Shown: positions 21,088 to 31,288, counted from the stretch's first letter. The stretch is 64,000 nt of DNA from Methanomethylovorans hollandica DSM 15978 (GCF_000328665.1 NC_019977.1:744001-808000), one strand, 5' to 3'. Program-made: numbers and translations. The notes: generated from the sequence alone by a model not told the origin.

Positions 21088-22683
21088 TCAGCTTTCAAGT
21101 ATCTCCTCTGCAATGTCCCTGTACGCATCCATAACATAGGCAATTCCGGATACCTTTGATGCTTCTTCGGTGAGCGCCATGACATCTTTTCGTGAGATGG
21201 CATGGATGTTGAATCTTCGGGAGCCTGCCATAAGCTGTTGTAATCCTACTTTGATCCTCTCCGTATATGAATAGATGCCCACTGCTCCAAGAGGTATGTT
21301 TTTCATTTCTTCGCCATATTTCTCTTTCAATTCCTCATAGTGCACGAAGATCTCCTCTTTGGTACTACCAAACTCGGATACCGTCTTTGGAAGGTCTTTT
21401 TCTTCTATCCATTTACCTATGTTCTTACCCACCATTCCAGGGATCATGAGGCCACGACCCATGCATACTGCCTTGAAATAGGGTGATCCCATTGCAAGTG
21501 CCTTATAGACTCCGTCCTCACTGGAGAAACCGCCTGCCATTGCCAGATCAGGCACTTTCTTACCTCTGTCTGATAGTTTTTGCGCAAATTCGTAGACCTG
21601 GGACTGCAGGTAGAATGTCGGCACTCCCCATTCTTCCATCATGGGCCAGGGGCTCATGCCGGTGCCTCCGGGTGCTCCGTCATATGTGAGCAGATCTATC
21701 CTGGCCTCTGAGCTATATTTTATGGCCATGGCGGTCTCTGCCATAGAATATGCTCCTGTCTTGAGGGTTATACGTTTAAAACCAAGGTCCCTAAGCCTTT
21801 CGCACTCCTCGCAAAATCCTTCTTCTGTGACAAACCCAAGCCTGGAATGCCTTTCAAATTCCTTTATGGCACCCATTCTGAAAGCTTCCTGGACGGAGTG
21901 AAGCTCAGGGTCCGGAGTGACTATGTATCCTCTCCTTTTCAGCTCCATAGCACGGTCAATGTCTGCAACCTTGATTTCGCCGCCAATACATTTTGCTCCC
22001 TGTCCCCACTTAAGTTCGATGCTTTCCATATTGTGCTTGCTTGCAAGGTACTCTGCAACACCAAGCTTTGTATCCTCTACATTCATCTGGACAAGCATCT
22101 CTCCGTATCCATCATAGAATTTGTTGTAAAGTTCGATCCGACGGTCCATTTCCGGTGATTCTTTAACAAGGCCATCACATCCCAGTTTCAATTCCGGGTC
22201 CACTCCACACACATTTTCTCCACATACGATGGTGATGCCTGAGATCGCCGCACCTATAGTAAAATGTTCCCAGTTGTTCCTTGCGATATCTGTTGAACCG
22301 AGTGCGCCGGTAAAGATAGGCAATTTCATCTTGACCTTTCTTCTCCAGCCGTATTCTACCTCTGTATTGACGTTAGGGAACCTTGCAGTTTCAGGACCCG
22401 GGATCATGCCTTCTGGCATACCCATAGCACCGACTGCATATCCCTGGATATTAAGATGTGAGTAATCGATGGGGTAATTCTTGTCCCCGCCGGCAGTGAT
22501 CTCCCCGAAAGGTCCGGGATATATCACTTCACGTCCCCGGAAGGATGACTTGAATATTTCACAGTTGCCGCGGCATCCGTCCAGACAACGTGTACAGATT
22601 CCTGACATTGGTGTTACGTTCTTTGATCTGTTGAAGGTCCTGGTGGCTTCATTGGCATTTGGTTGTCTTAGGTTTCCCATCAT
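21088..22683 (-). CDS. FMN-binding glutamate synthase family protein (stand-alone)
   Basis: IELKWGQGAK, DGAPGGTG, AGG and KALAMG motifs; N-terminal CxxCxxxCxxxC. Confidence 0.85.
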   Translation of the reverse strand: MMGNLRQPNANEATRTFNRSKNVTPMSGICTRCLDGCRGNCEIFKSSFRGREVIYPGPFGEITAGGDKNYPIDYSHLNIQGYAVGAMGMPEGMIPGPETARFPNVNTEVEYGWRRKVKMKLPIFTGALGSTDIARNNWEHFTIGAAISGITIVCGENVCGVDPELKLGCDGLVKESPEMDRRIELYNKFYDGYGEMLVQMNVEDTKLGVAEYLASKHNMESIELKWGQGAKCIGGEIKVADIDRAMELKRRGYIVTPDPELHSVQEAFRMGAIKEFERHSRLGFVTEEGFCEECERLRDLGFKRITLKTGAYSMAETAMAIKYSSEARIDLLTYDGAPGGTGMSPWPMMEEWGVPTFYLQSQVYEFAQKLSDRGKKVPDLAMAGGFSSEDGVYKALAMGSPYFKAVCMGRGLMIPGMVGKNIGKWIEEKDLPKTVSEFGSTKEEIFVHYEELKEKYGEEMKNIPLGAVGIYSYTERIKVGLQQLMAGSRRFNIHAISRKDVMALTEEASKVSGIAYVMDAYRDIAEEILES

Positions 22684-23159
22684 TTCACTTCCTATTAATC
22701 AGTCTGCCTGCAATGCAGGAGATATCACTTTGTTTCCTTCTTAATTATTTGGCAATAGGATAGTGGTTAGCTAGTACTACTATTTATACCTATTTAAAGT
22801 CCTATTCTGTTATGGTCAAATGTAAGTATACATAAACAAAGCATTGATTTCACTCAGCTGGATCTGCATACAGGTTACATTTTTTTATTTTTTAATATAC
22901 GTTAAATAGTATTCTTAAAGCTTGACAAATAACTGCAATTCAGATAATTGGCAAAATTCTAGGACATCTGCGGAATATATGATTATAGTTTTCTTGAGTT
23001 AATTTTATATTCTAAGATGAGGTTTAACCCAATAAAATGACGAAAATAGTACTGTCTTTAGGGAAGACTATTTGAATATAATACAATACTTAATAAAGAA
23101 AACCTGATCTTTGAAAGAGCTTCTTAAAAAGGTCAGTCCCGTTTTTAAGGAGTCTATAA

Positions 23160-25094
23160 ATGCAGGAAAAGAAGATCGGTACAATCCATAAACTGTTAGG
23201 ATTTATTGCAAGTTTTTTCCCTTTATTCATCATTGCGGTGGTTGCTGCTGGCATTGCTATAGCCTATGTCATAAACCGTCCTGATTTTGCTATCAGAGGC
23301 TTGTTAGTAGCTGTACCGGCAATATTTTCTGCCATATTTTTGTCAAAAATGTTTAGGGAAGACCTGAATCATGATGAATCTCTTCTCAAAAGGATCCCTT
23401 TGAACCAAAGGAATACGGTTTTAGCCTTTATAACTCTCTATGTCTTGTCCATTATAATTCTATTTCTGAGTGCCGAAAGGACATTGTATTACTTTGGAAT
23501 GATGGCATTGATCTATGTACTGATCCTTAACCAGATCTTCTCCAAGTCGTCAAAAGCCCATATCGTTTTGATAGAGCTATTTCTTTCAAGTTTAAACTTG
23601 ATCTATAGCGTCACGTTAAAATATCCATTATATTTTGGCGGCACTGATATTATTCCGCATCTATTTCTCTCAAAAGTAACTTACCTTTCGGGTCACCTGG
23701 CTCCGTCGGATATGAGCACTCTTTATGCCAGTTTTCCCTTATTCCACATTTTAAGCTCTGAATTTGCTCACTTATCAGGACTGGAAATGCAATCAGCTTA
23801 CTTCATTGGCTTAGGTTTAGTCTATTCGATACTTATAGTTTTCATATACTACTTCTTTATGAAAACTACAAAAAACTCCACATTTTCTCTGTTGGCATGC
23901 ATGGTGTATTCAGTTAGTGGTGTTGTTATCTATTATGGAATGTATGTGATCACAAGGACTTTAGCCTATGCAGGATTTATCATAATCCTGTACCTGCTAT
24001 ATAAAAAAGATGCCAACAATCGTGGTTTTGCGTATCAGGGACTTGCTATACTCCTCACTGTATTTGTAGTGCTTGTTCATCAGGTTTCTGCTGCTCAGAT
24101 CGCAGTTATACTGTTCCTTCTTTTAGCATGTGAACACATCTTGTCGGATGAAAGATATATTAACTTAACATATTTCTCATTGTTCTGTTCAATGTTCGTG
24201 GGGTACTGGTTCTACTTTGCAAATGTTTTCTTAGAAGAGTTGTTGCTGAGCCGGTCTAACATTCAGTTATATGAAGAATTCCAAATTAAAGATACTGTGC
24301 AGATCGGTTATGAGTGGATATATATATTTAATCACCTTGATGTTTCCATATTTTTGTTCTTTGCTCTAATTGGAATTGGTTATCTTCTATGGGATCGTAT
24401 CAAAGCCAATAAGAGGCACTACATGGATTACTTCTCTGTTTTCGCACTCTTTGCCTTAATTACACTTGTACTTTATATTCCAACTCCAATTCAGACTCTT
24501 TGGCAAACAATGACCTTATTCCGATTTGATCGGTTCATGTTGCTGATAAGTCCTTTCATGGCCTTTGCCATGGCTGCAGGTATTTACATTCTTTATTCGC
24601 ACCTGTCAAACAGTGGTAAAAAGCCAGTCTGGATAATCTTGATTTCTGTATTGATGGCTATTTTTGTGTTCACTTCAGTTTACTATAATGGTCCGGAATC
24701 AAAGCCGATTTTGTCAACTCCTGTTAGAGAATACTTTACTGCAGATGAGATACAAGGATTTAATCATATTATGGACCATGTTGAACCCGGATCAGTATTG
24801 TACTCTGATTATCATACGCAAAGGTTCTTCACCCAGGAGAACTTTAGTTTGTCGGAAGAATTAGGTTTGACTTTCTTTAGAAGTTATACTATTCTGAACG
24901 TTGAAACCATTCCTACATATAGGGGTTATGTGATCGTAAGACAAAAACAGTTTTTGGATGGCGGTATCTATACTGGTTCGGGTTCCTCTAATTTCCTCTT
25001 TGGGCCGGAAGATGGCAATGATGCAGTACTGTTGAGTGCATTATCAAAGGACGCAAAGATATATTCTAATTCAGGGGTTGAAGTGTATCGTTGA
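23160..25094 (+). CDS. Polytopic membrane protein, probable glycan polymerase or GT-C-like
   Basis: Many hydrophobic helices; GTD..H and Y..FP.FH loops; adjacent to a glycosyltransferase. Confidence 0.65.
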   Translation: MQEKKIGTIHKLLGFIASFFPLFIIAVVAAGIAIAYVINRPDFAIRGLLVAVPAIFSAIFLSKMFREDLNHDESLLKRIPLNQRNTVLAFITLYVLSIIILFLSAERTLYYFGMMALIYVLILNQIFSKSSKAHIVLIELFLSSLNLIYSVTLKYPLYFGGTDIIPHLFLSKVTYLSGHLAPSDMSTLYASFPLFHILSSEFAHLSGLEMQSAYFIGLGLVYSILIVFIYYFFMKTTKNSTFSLLACMVYSVSGVVIYYGMYVITRTLAYAGFIIILYLLYKKDANNRGFAYQGLAILLTVFVVLVHQVSAAQIAVILFLLLACEHILSDERYINLTYFSLFCSMFVGYWFYFANVFLEELLLSRSNIQLYEEFQIKDTVQIGYEWIYIFNHLDVSIFLFFALIGIGYLLWDRIKANKRHYMDYFSVFALFALITLVLYIPTPIQTLWQTMTLFRFDRFMLLISPFMAFAMAAGIYILYSHLSNSGKKPVWIILISVLMAIFVFTSVYYNGPESKPILSTPVREYFTADEIQGFNHIMDHVEPGSVLYSDYHTQRFFTQENFSLSEELGLTFFRSYTILNVETIPTYRGYVIVRQKQFLDGGIYTGSGSSNFLFGPEDGNDAVLLSALSKDAKIYSNSGVEVYR

Positions 25095-25192
25095 GATGTT
25101 GGCATCCCGGACCTTTAATAATATTCTTTTTATGGGGTATATTTGACCTAAAATTAGTATCGCGCATGAAATAAAATATTTGACCTTCTATA

Positions 25193-26365
25193 ATGTTGTT
25201 TCCCATGGCATCTAAAAAAGGATTCATATCAATGGCTACTGTGCCATCTTATAGTGTTGTGCAGTCATCGAGGGCCTTGCATATATTCTCTGAACTCAGC
25301 AAAGAGTTCCAAGACATGTACTTGATCATGCAACACTATGAAGTGAATGAGGTCAAACTTGATAATTTGATCCAGGTACGGCCTTTGATACCTATTGATG
25401 GTCGTTTTTCCCTGGTAAAAGGAATGCTCTACAGGCTGCAATTATCACTTTCTGCATTCTGGTTCGCGATCCGTTCTCATCGGGATTTTGCGATATTAAG
25501 AGGATATGACTCAATTATGCTGCTTATCTTATTGAAGCTCGTAGGTGTCAGGGTATATTCTGATTTTCATGGAAAGTATGATCTGGAATTGTCTCAGCGG
25601 GGAAAACACCTGAGAAGTTTTTTTGTGAAATATATTGATATGATCACTCTGAAGTTGAGTGACCGCATCATTGTTGTCAGCGAAGGCATTGAGGCTCAGA
25701 TACAGGAGTATAAAGATAAGTGTATTTTAATACCCAATGGTATAGATGTGCAAAAGATCGATGATGCTAATACTGGTATCAATACTTTGGACTTCAAGGG
25801 CTATAAGAAGATTGTGGGTTTTGTCGGTAATTGGGAATCTTTTATGAACGTAGAGGATATGTGCCAGGCAGCTGCATATACTCCAGAAGTTTTATTTGTC
25901 ATCGTAGGTGAAGGGTTCAATGCCTCCGCATTGATGGATAAGTACAGAAGCTATGAAAATGTGCTCTTTGCGGGTCGCAGACCTCAGAAAGAAGCATTTT
26001 CAATAATGCACATGTTCGATATTTGCATTTTGCCCTATGATAAAATGGACTCTCATTCAAAATATCCAGGTTTCTTTTCTTCCAGAAAGACAAAAGAATA
26101 CATTGCTGCAGGCAAACCTATCATCGTTGCTGATGTTATTGGAAAGGAATCCTGCCTGATCCCCGGTCATAACTGCGTACTATATGAATCAAGGAATCCC
26201 CGGGATCTCGCAGATAAGATATCAGAGCTATTTAATGATACTACACTGCTCGCTTCCATGGGACTGAATAACTTTGAAATGCGAGAGCATTTTACATGGG
26301 ATTATTTGATACAAAATTCTGGTATTGTTGAAGACCTACAGAATAATGGATCATCACCGGAGTAA
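25193..26365 (+). CDS. GT4 family glycosyltransferase
   Basis: IPNGID, GFVG and K..EYIAAGKPII motifs. Confidence 0.9.
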   Translation: MLFPMASKKGFISMATVPSYSVVQSSRALHIFSELSKEFQDMYLIMQHYEVNEVKLDNLIQVRPLIPIDGRFSLVKGMLYRLQLSLSAFWFAIRSHRDFAILRGYDSIMLLILLKLVGVRVYSDFHGKYDLELSQRGKHLRSFFVKYIDMITLKLSDRIIVVSEGIEAQIQEYKDKCILIPNGIDVQKIDDANTGINTLDFKGYKKIVGFVGNWESFMNVEDMCQAAAYTPEVLFVIVGEGFNASALMDKYRSYENVLFAGRRPQKEAFSIMHMFDICILPYDKMDSHSKYPGFFSSRKTKEYIAAGKPIIVADVIGKESCLIPGHNCVLYESRNPRDLADKISELFNDTTLLASMGLNNFEMREHFTWDYLIQNSGIVEDLQNNGSSPE

Positions 26366-26622
26366 AATTTTATTCATATTCATTCTTTTCTTTTAGGTAT
26401 TATCTTTTTTATAAAACTATGCGTGTTCCCTTATGTTCAAAAAGGGTCCAAAAATCATGCATACTCAAATACGTAGCTATCTATATATACACTATATTTT
26501 GCATTCTAATATATATTCAATTGTGAGTATCTATTTATTGACTTGAGTTCTCTTGCTATTTGAAGGGCTTGAGACCTTCGAAGTATCGAAGAATACAGAC
26601 CAGAGAAACATGTGATGATAAC

Positions 26623-26937
26623 ATGCTATTTGAAACAGAAGCTACAAACCTCCTTACAAAAGCAAAGAGGTCAGTCATTGAACGTGATAACGTCACCGCA
26701 GAACAAGTATCCTACGAGGCACTGGATTTTGGCGTAAGCCCACTGGAGGTCATAGAACTTGGTTTTATTGAAGGAATGAAAGTATTAGGTGACCTTTTCG
26801 AACATGGTGACATAGATATCCAGGATATATTTGCAGCATCCTTTACCATGAATGCAGGTATTGATGTACTAAGACCATATATTATGGCCTCTGCGGACAA
26901 TGCATGTGCATTTGAGGATCTTGTGCTGAGGATCTGA
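26623..26937 (+). CDS. Stand-alone B12-binding cap (four-helix) domain protein
   Basis: G.SPLEVIELGFIEGMKVLGDLFE...AS..M.AG resembles the N-terminal cap of corrinoid proteins such as MtaC; no DxHxxG domain follows. ATG at 26623. Confidence 0.75.
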   Translation: MLFETEATNLLTKAKRSVIERDNVTAEQVSYEALDFGVSPLEVIELGFIEGMKVLGDLFEHGDIDIQDIFAASFTMNAGIDVLRPYIMASADNACAFEDLVLRI

Positions 26938-27138
26938 TATCCAGGCAGAGATCTATATTTTTATTTATTATTTTGCATATAATGTGTAAGGGCATCCAGA
27001 GTATCGAACATTTGAAATATGAGATGATCAGAACCTTATATGATCGGAGACTTGGATGTGTAAGTGGTTTACATTAAAATGAATTAGTAATTAAGTTATT
27101 TCAATAATAATGATCCAATATGGGCAATTATAGCATTT

Positions 27139-28182
27139 ATGGAGGAACCGTTCTTGTCAGACCTAACTTTGAAACAGCGTTTTATCGCTTCTCTTGAAAG
27201 AAAAGATGTTGATAAGGTACCTGTCTGTTCAGTAACTCAGACAGGAACTGTGGAGCTCATGGAAATGACAGGTGCAAAATGGCCCGATGCGCATTATGAT
27301 CCTGAGAAAATGGCAACTCTGGCTATTGCGGCACACGAGATTACAGGACTTGAGGCGGTAAGGTATCCTTTTTGCAACACTGTGATGCCTGAGACTCTTG
27401 GTTGCACTGTCAGGGAGGGTTCTCTGGACAGCCAGCCCCAGATCATAGATTTCCCATGCAAGGAAAAGAAAGATGTTGCAGGTCTGCTGGTACCTGATAA
27501 CTTGCTTGAAAGTAAAAGAATAAAAACGATTCTCCAGGCTACTGATATTGTAAAAGACAGACTCTCGGATGAAGTTCCGATAGTTGTTGGTATACTGGGC
27601 CCTGCTGCTATTGCCTGTTGTCTGTGTGGTGTGAACAATTATCTAATGTGGTGTATCACTGCACCTGAAGTCCTTAAAGAACTGTTGGTCTTGGGTACAA
27701 GTGTTTGCAAGGAATATGCAAATGCCTTGTTTGACAGGGGTGTGGATGCGGTGGTGATAATAGATTCAGAGGCAGGTCCTGATCTATTCCCTCCTCCTCT
27801 GTTCCAATCCATGATATTACCTTTTTACAGGTCGCTTACAAAGGATATGAGAGGCCCTACGATCCTTCACATTTGCGGTGATGCTACGGAAATCCTGGAT
27901 GATATGGCAGATTCCGGTTTTCAAGGACTGAGCATAGAGGAGAAAGTGAACCTCGCCTATGCAAATCAGGTGGTTGCAGGTAGAGCCTGTCTTGTAGGCA
28001 ATATCTCTCCTGTTTTTACATTACTGGAAAGATCTCCGGAACAGGTAAAAAAAGAAGCAAAGGAATGCATAGCGGATGGAGTCGGTATCCTTTCCCCGGG
28101 TTGTGGGATAGCCCCCCATACATCAATTGAAAATATCAGGGCATTTGTGGCTGCCAGGGATGAATATTACGGTTTGGGGTAA
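27139..28182 (+). CDS. MtaA/CmuA family methylcobamide:CoM methyltransferase paralog
   Basis: VDKVPVCSVTQT, LHICG and SPGCG zinc ligands; clearly homologous to 43755..44774. Confidence 0.92.
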   Translation: MEEPFLSDLTLKQRFIASLERKDVDKVPVCSVTQTGTVELMEMTGAKWPDAHYDPEKMATLAIAAHEITGLEAVRYPFCNTVMPETLGCTVREGSLDSQPQIIDFPCKEKKDVAGLLVPDNLLESKRIKTILQATDIVKDRLSDEVPIVVGILGPAAIACCLCGVNNYLMWCITAPEVLKELLVLGTSVCKEYANALFDRGVDAVVIIDSEAGPDLFPPPLFQSMILPFYRSLTKDMRGPTILHICGDATEILDDMADSGFQGLSIEEKVNLAYANQVVAGRACLVGNISPVFTLLERSPEQVKKEAKECIADGVGILSPGCGIAPHTSIENIRAFVAARDEYYGLG

Positions 28183-28649
28183 TTTCCCCTCACTGTCCTC
28201 AGCTGAGAATATCAGTAAAGTGTGCTAGTAGTTTCCTAGATAATATACTTTTATCTAACAACTTATTTTGTTCCTACGGACCTAATTTGCTGACCTTCCT
28301 GTAACAGCAAGGTGTGGGGAAAATTTTAAAATAGTTACACTAATTTAAACGTCCTTATTAATCAAAGATTGGTGTCATAATGCCATTTAGAACTATTTTT
28401 AAAATAATGTCTTCTGCTAGATCTTTTTTAAGAGTGAACATAAGGAGTATAAGGTTTAGAAAAAAAATGATGTTGGAAAAAAATGTATTCATTGGAAGGA
28501 ATGTGCTTATAGATCCGGGCTACAATTGGCTGGTATCTATTGGAAATAATTCTGTTTTATCATATGGGACTATTGTTCTGGCACACGATGGCAGTCTTAG
28601 GAATTATACAGGCTACACGCGGGTTGGGAAAGTTTCGATTGGTTCTAAT

Positions 28650-29924
28650 GAGAATCTCAAATTAGGATTTTGATTTAAAAACCTATTCCTTTTTTCGTTG
28701 ATACTGCTATTCTCTTTTTTTTTGGTCAGTGGTAGCTATAAATATAAAAAATTTTGCTTCTTTATGGATAAAAAATCTATCGAGTATAGAGGAGTCCTCT
28801 TCGAGGACTCCATAGAAAACTATCTTTACAGAGAAACTGCCTCTATTTGCCAATTTCTTCATTTTCTCTGTATAGAAGACATTTCACAATACGTTGAACG
28901 TACTGTGTATACCAACAAACGTTGGCATTTTAAATATAACGTTTCCTCAATGATAAAGCTCTTTATTGTAAAGTGCTTCAGGAATCTCTCTTATGAAAAA
29001 ACAGTATCCAGTTTAACAGAAGAAGAAGCTATTATGCTATCGTTCTGTGATAAAAATGGGCAAATAAGACTTCCTTCAGCTGGAACCCTCCATCATTTTG
29101 TAAAATATAGACTTGGAGAAGATGGGGTCAATGAACTAATAATAATGGTAGGCGAAAAGATTCTTAAAAGCTCAAAGTTAAAAGACGCCAAGATAGATTC
29201 AACACCTCTTGAAGCTTCACGATATGACAAATATGCGGATTATAATCCGCATTATAAATGTAAAATGGACAAAGCTCACATTACAATGATTGGAACTTAT
29301 CCGGTATTTATGACATATACTAATGGCCTTAGTTCTGATTCTACGGAACTTATCAAACACATACACGCATTAAAGAAAATGGAAGCTAATATTGAATTTT
29401 ATGCTGCGGATGGAGCTTATGACTCATTCCAAAACAATGCAGATATATGGTATCATCTGAATGCAAAACCAATTATTTCCTACTCTTGTGATGCAGTATT
29501 GCACAAAGAAGGTGAAGTAGAGAGGATTGATCATTGGGTGAACAAAATGTGGAAACTTGGTGGAGAGGTTCATACCAAAATAGAAAATAAGCTGAAGTTT
29601 CTGTATGAAAATGGAAGACAAGAACAAGTTGGGATGTACCTAAGAAATCAAAACATCCTCGATGAATTATTTTGGGAGTTATACAAGAAAAGAGTAGAAT
29701 GCGAAAAAGTACATGGCCACATGAAAGATACGATGAACTTCGATGTCAGAAGAATAAGAGTAGAGAGCAGAGCTCTCTACTCTCTGCTGAATTTCGTTTC
29801 CTATCAACTATTAGTGCTTACTGAATTGCAAAATAAAGTTAAACTCAGGAATTCGTTTGGGAGGCTATTCTAAAAAAGTACATCAAATTAGAATAGAAAT
29901 ATAAGGAGCTAATTTGATGGCCTC
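28650..29924 (+). mobile_element. Insertion sequence, 1275 bp, DDE type (family not assigned with certainty)
   Basis: 16-bp imperfect terminal inverted repeats GAGAATCTCAAATTAG / CTAATTTGATGGCCTC (12/16 match); 5-bp target duplication CTAAT at 28645-28649 and 29925-29929. Confidence 0.93.
28764..29873 (+). CDS. DDE transposase
   Basis: IDSTP, ADGAYD and Y..R...E..H motifs (IS4/IS5-superfamily-like). Start set to the ATG at 28764. Confidence 0.92.
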   Translation: MDKKSIEYRGVLFEDSIENYLYRETASICQFLHFLCIEDISQYVERTVYTNKRWHFKYNVSSMIKLFIVKCFRNLSYEKTVSSLTEEEAIMLSFCDKNGQIRLPSAGTLHHFVKYRLGEDGVNELIIMVGEKILKSSKLKDAKIDSTPLEASRYDKYADYNPHYKCKMDKAHITMIGTYPVFMTYTNGLSSDSTELIKHIHALKKMEANIEFYAADGAYDSFQNNADIWYHLNAKPIISYSCDAVLHKEGEVERIDHWVNKMWKLGGEVHTKIENKLKFLYENGRQEQVGMYLRNQNILDELFWELYKKRVECEKVHGHMKDTMNFDVRRIRVESRALYSLLNFVSYQLLVLTELQNKVKLRNSFGRLF

Positions 29925-30287
29925 CTAATGCTTTCATTGGTGCAGGAAGCATTATAATGCCTGGTGTTAGTATAGGAGACAATGCAGTTATTGGTGCAGG
30001 GAGTGTTGTTACAAAAAATGTTCCAGATAATTCGGTGGCTATAGGCAATCCGGCAGTTGTAGTTGGTTCTATCTCCCAACTTATCAATAAGCACAAAATT
30101 AATATGCAGAATTGTCAAGTCTACGAAAAGATGTCAGAACAGACTGCGGAAATTATCAAAGAAGAGCTGAAAACAGGATCTGCATACATCCGTACTCATT
30201 TTGGGCAGGATCTGATTTCAGTAGACGATATTGATGAAAATAATAAGAGTATATAAGAAGCCGACTGACAGGTAATCCCTCGAGAGT

Positions 30288-30314
30288 AAGCCTTCTGAAT
30301 ATTGAAGGCTTTTT
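30288..30314. terminator. Hairpin terminator between convergent genes
   Basis: AAGCCTTC...GAAGGCTT followed by a T run. Confidence 0.55.
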
Positions 30315-30346
30315 ATTATGAATATTTTTGGTCTACGTTATATTAA

Positions 30347-31288
30347 TTATGGCTGGGTTATTGCAATTCTGCAATTGTCCTTATTCCGGACACAGATCCG
30401 GAAAAGGTTCACCACACCATGACAGTTGCAGGATGTAGCGATAAAAAAGATGTTTTTTGTTCCATCAATATTATCTATCTTATTAGCAGCCGCATCAATA
30501 GAATGCACATATTTATACATTTCCAGTAAATTCAGTTTCATATCATCTCCTTTCATTGCTCCAATACCCGGTTTCATCTGGTAGCTTTCGAAAACCCAGC
30601 CTTTGATCAAGGGAAACAGGTCCCGTAAGTAATTTGTTATTGTCTTTGGTTTCTCTCTTCTGAAATTAGGACAAAACTTCTCAGGGCCAGGGCATCCATC
30701 AGGGCATATCTCTCCAGGTCTGGCGTATGATAACATAGCTATTCCCTGAGCAGGATAAAGGCCGGCTCTAATGTTCTCTGGAAAGTGTGATACGAATTGA
30801 TCAAAAAACTGTATCATATCTTTATTTTCAGGAGGAATCTCTATCTCTGTGACAGTTTTATCCTCTCTGTTAGAATAATTGAGATATTCCTTTGCAAGAT
30901 AAGCTGCCATATGGCAAGGAATAGCAGGTACGATATATTCAGGCATTCCAAAAGAGAGAATAAAAGGAAATTCATCGAGTTCTGAACAATAAAAATATAT
31001 ATGAGAGTTTTCTTGTTCAAGTGGAGATCTTAACTTTTCTTCCAGCAGTTTACGCAGGGAATTTACATCTTTTATGATCTCTGTACCGGAAGACGCTGGA
31101 GCATTTCTGTCATTGTCCACCACAATCACAAGGGGAAAGCTATGCTTGCGTGCATGCTCCGTGAAGCTTGTACCTATTTTTCCACCACCCACTACCAGAT
31201 AATATCCTCTGATAACAGGCAGGGACTGAAGATCTTTAATTATGTCGCCTGGATGCAGTAACCCATAAATTAGCTCATAATGTCCCAT
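30347..31288 (-). CDS. Hypothetical protein with NAD-binding motif and Cys-rich C-terminal half
   Basis: LVVGGGKIG...VVD Rossmann-like motif; PAIPCH, CPDGCPGP..C and TSCNCHGV. Confidence 0.75.
   Translation of the reverse strand: MGHYELIYGLLHPGDIIKDLQSLPVIRGYYLVVGGGKIGTSFTEHARKHSFPLVIVVDNDRNAPASSGTEIIKDVNSLRKLLEEKLRSPLEQENSHIYFYCSELDEFPFILSFGMPEYIVPAIPCHMAAYLAKEYLNYSNREDKTVTEIEIPPENKDMIQFFDQFVSHFPENIRAGLYPAQGIAMLSYARPGEICPDGCPGPEKFCPNFRREKPKTITNYLRDLFPLIKGWVFESYQMKPGIGAMKGDDMKLNLLEMYKYVHSIDAAANKIDNIDGTKNIFFIATSCNCHGVVNLFRICVRNKDNCRIAITQP

Larger units (their letters stand above)
28380..30256 (+). pseudogene. Hexapeptide-repeat acyltransferase interrupted by an IS
   Basis: Joining 28380-28649 to 29930-30256 gives an in-frame 198-aa protein (...GKVSIGSN|AFIGAGSIIMPGVSIGDNAVIGAGSVVTKNVP...GNPA). 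Confidence 0.9.

Noticed and set aside
15976..23159. NrpR operator (GGAA-N6-TTCC) upstream of gdhA or the GltS-like gene
   Set aside because: No match found by eye in either upstream region.
28183..28322. 11-bp imperfect inverted repeat (TTTCCCCTCAC / GTGTGGGGAAA) suggesting a MITE
   Set aside because: Short, no second copy in the window and no convincing target duplication.
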